64,000 bases of DNA from Piromyces finnis finn (Eukaryota; Fungi; Neocallimastigomycota), in NCBI GenBank assembly GCA_002104945.1, contig MCFH01000010.1, forward strand, positions 310,001 through 374,000. Reading direction: 5' to 3'. The notes under the pieces were generated by a model that worked only from the letters and a program-made list of their open reading frames with translations, did no database searches and had not been told where the DNA came from. A program made the position numbers and the translations under genes. Positions 48,616 through 64,000 of this stretch are shown in pieces (position 1 is the stretch's first letter; each line of letters starts with the position of its first letter).

Positions 48616-50217
48616 TTATTTCTTTTTTTTTCCTTGAGCTTGAGCTGCTTGAGCTGCTTGTGATGATTTCTTTGATTTTTTATCTTCAGTTAATTCGATA
48701 ACATCTTCAGTAATCTTCAAACATTAATAGATATTATATTTTAATTAATAAATATTCCAAATTATACATATATAACTATTTAATAAATTAAAATTTGTAT
48801 TTACATTTTTGTAGTTCTTTAAAATTAACTCCTTAATTTCATCTTGAACATCACCTTGAACAACAATTTCTTCTTGACCAGCTGCATTCTTAGTTACAGA
48901 TGAACCACATGCAAATCTACTAGAGAAAAGCTTAGCAGCCTTCTTTAATTCAATTTCTGATAAATTAAAATTATATCTTTAATATAAGTAATCAAAAAAT
49001 AATTTTTATACCATATATTTAATCATATTACCATAATGATCTAAACCAGTGACGATAATTTGATGCTTTCTCTTAGTACGTTCACATCTCTTAATAGTAA
49101 TTTTAGAGACCTTTTTATAGATTTATTAAATAATAATTGATTATTTGTTAATTAATTTCTTTATAAAAAACTAACCTACATTTTTCATTTATATTATTTA
49201 CCTTATTCTTTTTCTTATCACTTTCATCACGTACCATTCCCTTTCCACCTAAATTATATTTAATAATTGTAATTATAATTTAAATTTATTAATTATTAAT
49301 AACAAATTGAAAATAAAAATAAAGTAAATGTGAATAAACCTCTAGTTTGGTGTTTTGATTCAGTGGAAGAAGATTCTTCAGCATCTTCGTAATAAATTAT
49401 TAATAGAAAATAAAATAATAAATAAATAATACAATTTAAATTTCATTTAAATATAATATTATAGTATTTACTTGCATCAGAATTAACTAATTCTGGATGA
49501 TTTTCTTTTAACCAAACTTTGCACTTTTCCTTTGAAGGAGAAAATTCACAGTACTAATAATTGATATTTACATATATTTGTATATAAAAAAGAAATAAAA
49601 AAAATTAATATTATTATAATTTTCCCCTTTTTCTTTTCCTTTTTTTTTTTTTTTTTTTAGAATAAAGAAAAAAAAACATTGAAATCTTACTTCAACTGGA
49701 AGGTGACAAACTAATAGTATATTATTTGTAACAAGTATTTAGTATAAATATAAATATATGTATATATATAAGAAAATCAATTAATAGAATACTTGAAATA
49801 TTATTATAATTAAATTTAATTTTAAAATAATCAATTGAAATTGTTGATTGGAATCCTTAACAATGATTATTAGCTGTAAATACTACTTTTAACATTATTT
49901 TATCAATAGTCAACAATTCGTTTAAAGTCTTTCTTTTTCATATTATTATCCTTTCTTTATTCTTGTAGTTACTTTTTTTAAAAGAAAAAAAAAAGGTGTA
50001 ATGAAATAAAGATTATTGTACACCACACCTCATAAATATCATAATTTAATTAATGAAATTTATGATTATATTATTTAGTCATATTGATTCCTTATCTTTA
50101 ATTTTTGATTTATCCAAGTTACCAACTCAATTAAAAATAGATTTAAGAATTACCTCCACAATAAATAATATCAGTTACAATTCTGAAATCAGCTGGAATA
50201 GTATTTTCAGTTTCCAT
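48616..50217 (-). CDS. TMA22: Translation machinery-associated protein 22 / density-regulated protein (SUI1 domain), multi-exon
   Basis: Spliced N-terminus METENTIPADFRIVTDIIYCG|VCHLPVE|YCEFSPSKEKCKVWLKENHPEL; SUI1 part ITIKRCERTKRKHQIIVTGL..LKKAAKLFSSRFACGSSVTKNAAGQEEIVVQGDVQDEI. Confidence 0.93.
49836..50065 (-). ncRNA. Candidate structured intronic RNA (possible H/ACA-type) in TMA22 intron 1
   Basis: Three inverted repeats lie in a 443-nt intron: 50030-50037/50058-50065, 49994-50003/50021-50030 (2 G-U pairs on the minus strand), and 49839-49847/49910-49918. An ANANNA (AAACGA) precedes the last hairpin and an ACA lies near its end. No covariance search was possible. Confidence 0.3.
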
Positions 50218-50615
50218 TTTATTATATTTTTATTTAATTTTAAAAATTATATAACAAGAAAATATATAGTGTGTTTTTACTTTAAAATCAAAATTTTTAT
50301 TTTCTTGATATATTATTGGACGACTTTTTATTAGATGAAAGTATTTTTTTTTTATGTATTATCATCAAAGAAGTAAAATGTGGCGCATTATGTTAATTTT
50401 CTAATTCATATAATTCATATTAAAATAAATTTTAATTAATTAAATATACGATTAATTAAGATTTACTTCTTCAAAATTTTAATAGCATATTTTAATAAAA
50501 TAAAAAAGAAAAAGATATAAATTGTTTGGAAAAAATAAATTAAAGAGAAAAAGGTTTTATTTTATTAAGATAATTTAAAGTAATAAAATAATTTATAAGA
50601 AATTCATAAAAAGTC

Positions 50616-56628
<6,013 letters not shown>

Positions 56629-56851
56629 AAATACAATAAAATATAAAATAATTTATATAGTATTGGATAAAATAACAATAAATAAATAAATAAAATAAAA
56701 ATAAATTAAAAAAAAAAAAAAAAAGTAATTTTATGTATATATTCTATTTTTTAATAATAAAGCATTTACAAATAAACCTATAAATTTAATAACATACATT
56801 ATTATAAAAATTTTAAAATAAAGAATTTTATTTTATTAACTTTATATGTAA

Positions 56852-56888
<37 letters not shown>

Positions 56889-57140
56889 AGTTTTTATTTT
56901 CATTTAAGAAAAAAATATATATATAAATGACAGTAGATAAATAGGACTCTAATATAATTTAGAAAAAAAATAAAAAAATAAAAAACTATAATATTTTTAG
57001 ATAAAACTTTATTGTTATTATTATTGCTATATGATAAATACCGTTTTAATTATTTTAATATTTGATTTTTTTTTTTAATGTTTTATTAATTTTATCAAGA
57101 GAATTATTTATTTAAATATAAACAAATACTTAGATTATAA

Positions 57141-57365
57141 ATAGCTTTATAAAAATTTTTTTTTTTTACTTTTTTTTTTTTTTTTTTTTTTGGATATTAT
57201 TACTATTATTACATTTTTACTATTACTGTTATTATTAATTATGTTTCTTTACTATAGCTTTATAAAAATTTTTTTTTTTTACTTTTTTTTTTTTTTTTTT
57301 TTTGGATATTATTACTATTATTACATTTTTACTATTACTGTTATTATTAATTATGTTTCTTTACT
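57141..57365. repeat. Tandem duplication of an approximately 113-bp unit between the TBCD and CK1 3' ends
   Basis: atagctttataaaaatt..tggatattattactattattacatttttactattactgttattattaattatgtttctttact occurs at 57141-57253 and 57254-57365, apparently differing only in homopolymer length. Confidence 0.9.
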
Positions 57366-57834
57366 AAACTAATTTTATAATAATTATTATTATTATTAAG
57401 TATTATTATAATTAATATTAATTAATTCTTTATTAGCGTAACGTTTCTTTTAGTATTGTTATTGTTATTATTTTTATTATTATTATTATTATTAATATTA
57501 TTGTTATTGTTATTAATTTTTAGATGATTATAAATTATTTATGTAATCCAGTGATTTTATTATCACTGATTATTTCATTTTAATGATTATTATGATTTTT
57601 TAATTATCGGAAATTATTAAGAATTTGTTTTTGATATATATATATATCTAAATAATTTTTGATTTTTATATTTAATACTTTTTTATTGTTATTTTTAACA
57701 AAATTACTTAAAAAATAAACTTCTATTCTAATTATATTATCAAAGCATTTTTCCTTTAATATTATTTAAATTAAATGAAAATCTTTGATAATTAATAATA
57801 GTTGTTGATTATATCATCTATTATCTATTATTCC

Positions 57835-59877
57835 TTATTTATTATTGGTATTTTCTTCTTCATTTGAATTTATACAACAGCCAAATATTTTACTAAAAAC
57901 ACCTCTTTTAGGTTTTTGATTTGGTGTTAAATTATAAGGGTTTTGACATTGATAAGATGTTTCATTTGGTAATGGTTTATTTATATCTATAGCTATTTTT
58001 GATGGTTGTTCATCTATGTATTTACTATTATTACTATGTATATTTGAGTTTTCATTTCTCAATAAAAGAGATGATCTATTTGGATCAGTAACTATGCTTT
58101 GTTTCATTGCAATATTACTACCAGATAAATTAGCTTGTTGAGTTCGGGAAAGATGTTGTTGTTGCTGAGCAATAATTCCTAAATTTTGTAATACAGAAGA
58201 ATTTTGCAATGCTCTTTGAGATTCAATAGTAGAACTGGAAATATTTCCTGAATTATGCATTTGCTCATTATGAGAATGACGTGCACGTCTAGCTCTTTCT
58301 CTTCTTTCCATAACAATCATCCAATCATATACACCATCATCAATTTCACCAATTCTAGCAAGAACCTTATTAAATAGACTTCTTAAATAATCGTAATCTG
58401 GCTCTGCTTCAAATTCTAAATTTCTTACATATTTCATGTAGGTGGCAAATTCCTCTATTTTATTTAAATAATATTAGAACATATAATAAAATAAAATTTT
58501 TTAGTTTTTTAAAAGAAATTACCTGGATAGCCTGCACAAAGATCACTAATTTTTGTTGTTTGTTTCTTTTCTCCTATTTTTTCATATTTTTGTTTATTTG
58601 TAGCTGCTTTTAATCCTTGCCATGGTAAACTACCACGAAGGAAATACATAAATACATGTCCTAAAGATTCTAAATCATCACGACGACTTTGTTCTCTTCC
58701 TAAATGGGTATTTATACTCATATAACGAGCTGTTCCACTTAAACTTTTCTTTTCACGATATGGAATATGTTTCTTAGTATGTGGATCACGATAGAGTTTA
58801 ACCATACCAAAATCAATCATATAAATTCTTGAAGCTGGATGAGGATGAGTAGCTGTGTGATTTTTAAGAATTGAAAAAGGATCGTTTGGTGCTGAAAGAA
58901 CAAATGATGAAAATGAATTACTTGATATTGATGAACGATTAGAATACGTTGAAAGATGGGCTAATTCATTATGATGAGGTAATCTTCCAACTAAGAAATT
59001 ATCTGGTTTGATATCTCTGTAAATTAAATTATGTTCATGAAGATTTTGGACTCTTGTAATCTAGAAGATGGTTTATTGCATTATAACAATTAATAATGTA
59101 TGTCTAATAAAATATGTGTTTATAAAATAATAATAATTTATTATTATTTATTTACCATTTCCTTTGCAACCATACACACAGTCTTTACACTGAACCTTCT
59201 TTTACATAAATCAAACATATCTTCTAATGAAGGACCTAATAAATCTATACATAATATATTATCAGGACCTTCTTGTCCGAAATAGTAAGCATTTGGCACT
59301 CCCTCTATTGTATTTAATAATATATTGAAAATTTTATTAATTAAATTATTTTTTATTATTATAAAAAAAATACAAAAAAAAAAAATCATATCTACTGAAT
59401 TTAAACTTACCAACACCACTCAAAATTTTATAAGCTCTATATTCATCTCTAAGTTGTGGGGTTTCACTTTTTCTGGATTCAAATTTTATGGCAATTGGAC
59501 AATTATTTAATAAATTTATACCTATTGATTTTTTATTTAATATAATAATATATTAACAATTATTTCTTTTTTATTATAATGATAGTATTTCATAAAATTT
59601 TACCTTCATAGATAACCCCAAAACTTCCTTCACCAATTTTTTTACCAACTTTGTAATGAACACCAACAATAAATGGTACTTTCTGATGATATGATTTTGA
59701 AGAATAATGACTATTACTATATCTTATTTGTTGATTTTTCTTTTGTTGTTGTTGTTGTTGAAAGTGTTGATTTTGTGTTTGATTAGTAATTTGACCAGAT
59801 TGTTTGTTTTGAGAATATTGCTTTTGAAGCGAATTTCTATTATTGCTTCTATCAACTTGAGCTTCAGCAGAAAGCAT
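57835..59877 (-). CDS. Casein kinase I, Yck1/2-Cki / CK1-gamma type, multi-exon
   Basis: Motifs [113 protein letters not shown] and C-terminal KIFGCC. Confidence 0.96.
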
Positions 59878-62428
59878 TATTTAAATTAAACAATTCAATT
59901 AAAAAAGTGTATATTGAGATGAAAAGAAAATAGATTATACAATTTTGAAAGCAATTTATTTTAATAAGCTTTTATAATATTTTTGAAACTCAAATAATAT
60001 TATTGTATTGTCTGAATAAATAAAAAGTTTTGCTTTTCCTTCTTATATGATACTGTAAAAATTATAAATAAATAATATATATATAAACATTCAGTTATTT
60101 TTTTGATAAGAGTTAATAATTATTGTTCATTAATAAACTATATTTTTTTTTATTTATTTATTTATTTATTATTAATAGAAATATAGAGTGTGTGTGATAA
60201 AAAAATTAATATTTTTTTTTTTCATTTCTATTTCGTATAGATTGTCAAATTTTTGTTAAATTAAAACTATAACATTTTATTTCTTTTTTAATAATAATAA
60301 GAAAAAAGTCTTACTTGAAAGATATTACTATGAATAATAATTATTTGTTATTAAAATATAATATATATAAAAATAACTTTAAAATAAATGTATAAATAAT
60401 TTTAAGAATTTGTATTATTGAAATTCAAATGCTTTTTATTTATTCATTCAAGCATGTATTTATGAACATTTATGTTGTTCTTTTTATTTATTTCTGTTAT
60501 TTTAAAAGTATTAATATATATTAACAACTTTTTTTTATATAGATAAAAAAAAAGTAATTTTCACAACTATCTTTTTTTTTTTATTAGTATTATTTTTTAA
60601 AAAAAAAAAAAAAGAAAAGCAGAAAAAAAAATTTTGTAAAAAAAATAAAGGAAAGAAATTACTATATTAAATAATAGTACAAAAAAGTTTATTCTAAACA
60701 ATAAGAAATTTTAATTAATGATAGAATAATCAATGTCAATAATTCCTAAGCATCACCATTTAATTTATTTAAACTATAGTTATTTATTCATTGATTTATT
60801 TTCATTGATTTATTTAATAATTTAATTATTTGCTCATTTATTTATTTTATCTAGTTTTACATTTCTTTTAATATTTGAGTATTAAATAATGAAATATAAT
60901 TAATGATATATTAAAATATATTATTTTATATTCAATCATATATAAATTAATTAAGAAGCAGAATTTGTACCTAGAGAACTTTTTTAATTATTATAATTTA
61001 ATTATTAAATAAAAATTAATAAATAGTTGAAACATAATATTAATATATGGCTATATATATTTGAAATATATTGGTGATATATAAGTATTATACCATTGAA
61101 TTCTTTTTTTCTTTTTTTTTATATTTATTAAACTAAATCCCTTGATTAATTAAAATAATATAAAGAATGAAAGTTTATTATATATTATTTTCGATTAATT
61201 AATATTATTCCATTGATAGAATTAATTAAGTATTACAATTTTTAACAATTTTAATATATAATTATAATAAAAATTTTAATTTCAAAATAATTATTAAATA
61301 AAATTATATATTTTGCAATATATTAATAATATATTCTTGTAATTATTTACTTCATTGTTACAAGATGAATCACAAAAATACTACAGTCACTTTAGATTCA
61401 TAGAATATATAGGATAATATATTAAAATGGTGAATGAATAAATATGAAATAAAAAATGAATGTAGCGATTTATTTATATTAAATTTAAAATTTTCCAGAA
61501 TTTTAAACTTATTTGTTTAAATACGGATTTAAAAATGTAGTACATTCATTATTTAATGTAATATAAAATGTAAATTAAGAAATAACTTTATTTTTAAAAA
61601 GAATTAAGTAGGTACCACAAAAGGAAAAACAATCACCATCACAAATAACTTTAAAGTTTTTATATTAATATCATTGTAGCAAAAAATATTTTAAAAAAAA
61701 AACCATTTAAAACCTCATATTTTTAATAATATAATTTATAGATTTTAACGTATAATACTTTTTTTTTTTTTTTGTTTTAATATGAAGTTTTATTTTTTGT
61801 TTTTGGTAAAATTCTAATAATTATAAAATATAAATTTTAAAACACTAAATACTAATTTATTATGAGAATATTAATTTAATAAATAAAAGGTTAGCACTAA
61901 ATTTTAAAAATATTAGTAGTTTCTTTATATAATAAATAACTTTATTTTATATGAAATTATCTATTTTCTTTCTGTAACTATTTCTATTATAAAGAAGTGT
62001 TAAGTGTTTACAAAAAAAAAAAAGGTTTATGATAATAATAATTATAATGTTCTTATATTATTAATAATAATTTAATAATAATATATAAATAAATATAAAA
62101 ATTAGCAATATAAGAAACTTTTTTTTTTTAATTTTTTAACAATATGACTTTCAAAACTCTACGTATAAACATTCTATATTTTTTTTTCTATTAAATATAG
62201 GTTTCTTTCTCGTTAGAATTGATGTTTACAATCATCAGTTATTGTCTGATAAAATGCAAATATACAAACATTAACATATTAATTATTGATACAAAATAAA
62301 AAATGTTTTAAAAAATATAGTTTATTAAGAAATATTATTATAATAAGAATTAAATAGATATATATTTTTATATTATTAATACTTTTTGAATAATTATTTA
62401 TATTGTGAATTCTTTTTCTACATGTTTT

Positions 62429-62530
62429 ACTTATATATATATTAAAAAAACTTATTCTATTTCCTAAGAATATATTAATACTTATATATATAATAAAAAA
62501 ACTTATTCTATCTTCTAAGAATATATTAAT
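62429..62530. repeat. Imperfect tandem duplication of an approximately 51-bp unit
   Basis: acttatatatat..aaaaaaacttattctat(tt/ct)(c/t)ctaagaatatattaat occurs twice back to back. Confidence 0.8.
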
Positions 62531-63548
62531 AAAATAATTATTTTTATATTTATCACAATAACATTAAAATTTGAATTAACTTTATTATAATTTAATTATA
62601 AAGTAAATACATTTAAAATATGAATATTAACATTAATCATTATTAAAATAGGAAGAGTTTGAGATTTTTTATTTTATTTTATTTTATTTTTTTTTAAAAA
62701 AAAGTGATAGTAAAAAAAAAACTTGAAATATGTATTAAATTTATTCTATAATTTAACATTTCATTTTTCTTTTTCTTTTTTTTTTTTTTTTTCTTTGAAA
62801 AGTTATATAAAAATTATAAATTATAAGTAATCATTATGTATTTACATTCATAACACTCATTCATTATATAATTATATAATGATACAATAATACATTGATA
62901 CATTTTTTACTTTAAAAAAAAAATAAAAAGTATAGTTTTTTTTCTTTTCAATTAGTAATAATTAATTTAAAAATATTATTTATATATTAAAATTTTAAAT
63001 TTTTTTTTATTAAATTAAGCATTCATTTATGGAATTCTTTTTTTTTTTTAAAAAAAAAAAGAAAATATATAAAAATAATTTTAATATTATGATGCAAACA
63101 ACCATTTTGATATATGTGTCATATAATTAAAATAAAAGAATAAGAAAATCTTTTCAACGAGATAATATCGAATCATTTTTTATAAATGAAAGATTAAAAT
63201 ATATAATTTATAAGAAATAAATTTATTTATGCAAATATTTATTAATTAAAAAAGTTTTATAAAGTGTCACTTTAATTTTTAAGCATAATAGAAAATAATA
63301 AAAATTATAAAAAATTGTAATTTTATAATCTTATTAACAATATAGAATATCTTAGATACATCATTATATCATTATATATAGCAAGAAAAATCAATTTCCT
63401 TTTTTTTTTTATTATTAATAATTATTTAATTTTTGTTATAAATAATAGTAACAATAATATAAAATAGTAACATCAATAACAACAATAAAAAATAACAACA
63501 ACAGCAATACAAAACAATAGAAAACAAGAAAGATAAAGCAAATAGAAA

Positions 63549-64000
63549 ATGGCAAATATATCATCATCAAATATAATACGAATTTCAATATTAATTGCAA
63601 TCATTATAATATTTATGGTACGAGAAGTTTATCATGGATATTTGATTGAATTGGATAGATTTCAATCTTCTACTGTTCTACAAGGTAATATAGCTACACG
63701 TTGGATTTTAAATGAAGATAAGTTAAAATGGTTTAAAAGAAAGGAGGATAGTAAATATGTAAGTTTTCAATGAAATTTCAGTATACCAATAATTTTGAAG
63801 TTGTTTGTCCATTTTTAAACTTTATCCATTTATTTTATTTATAGTATAATGTGTTGCATTTAGGTTGTGGTACAGGTGATAAGCAATTAACGTATAGACC
63901 ACCTTTAGAAGCCTATAAATATTATAAAAAACACTTATCAAAATATGCAAAGGATAAACCTATGAGATTAATTGTTTTTTCAGATAATGAACGTTTTGCA
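63549..64000 (+). CDS. Type II membrane / signal-anchor protein, possibly transferase-like; 5' part only
   Basis: N-terminal hydrophobic segment IIRISILIAIIIIFMV. GTAAG donor at about 63769 and TAG acceptor at about 63844, then YNVLHLGCGTGDKQLTYRPPLEAYKYY..RLIVFSDNERFA open to the window end. Confidence 0.6.

Noticed and set aside
62215-62252. TGATG...CTGA resembling C/D boxes
   Set aside because: The spacing of about 30 nt is too short for a C/D snoRNA, and there is no terminal stem or recognisable guide.

Overview
This is extremely AT-rich eukaryotic DNA (roughly 80% AT or more by eye) with many short GT-AG introns, AAT/TAT microsatellites and Asn/Lys-rich linkers. It carries fungal-type genes (Loc1-like, Pex23-family, Yck-type CK1, class II aldolase) together with motile-flagellum genes (IQUB, DRC1). 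That combination points to a zoosporic fungus, most likely an anaerobic gut fungus (Neocallimastigomycota); this assignment is an inference. I assembled 19 protein-coding genes by hand across introns. In order: FHA protein (partial), IQUB, TIM17, DPM1, NOP9, SEC5, FBA class II, LOC1-like, C1+Pex23-family protein, DRC1, IST1, MAPEG-like, MTR10/transportin-3, an orphan, VPS68, TMA22/DENR, TBCD, casein kinase I, and a partial type II membrane protein. I saw no rRNA, tRNA, CRISPR array or transposase. The most interesting observations are: (1) a class II aldolase with an obligatory N-terminal extension resembling a mitochondrial/hydrogenosomal presequence; (2) a Pex23-family protein with an N-terminal C1 (DAG-sensor type) domain; (3) a structured, snoRNA-like intron in TMA22; (4) near-perfect strand alternation of genes; (5) 3' splice sites preceded by poly-A instead of a pyrimidine tract. 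Multi-exon gene spans were read by eye and internal exon boundaries are approximate.
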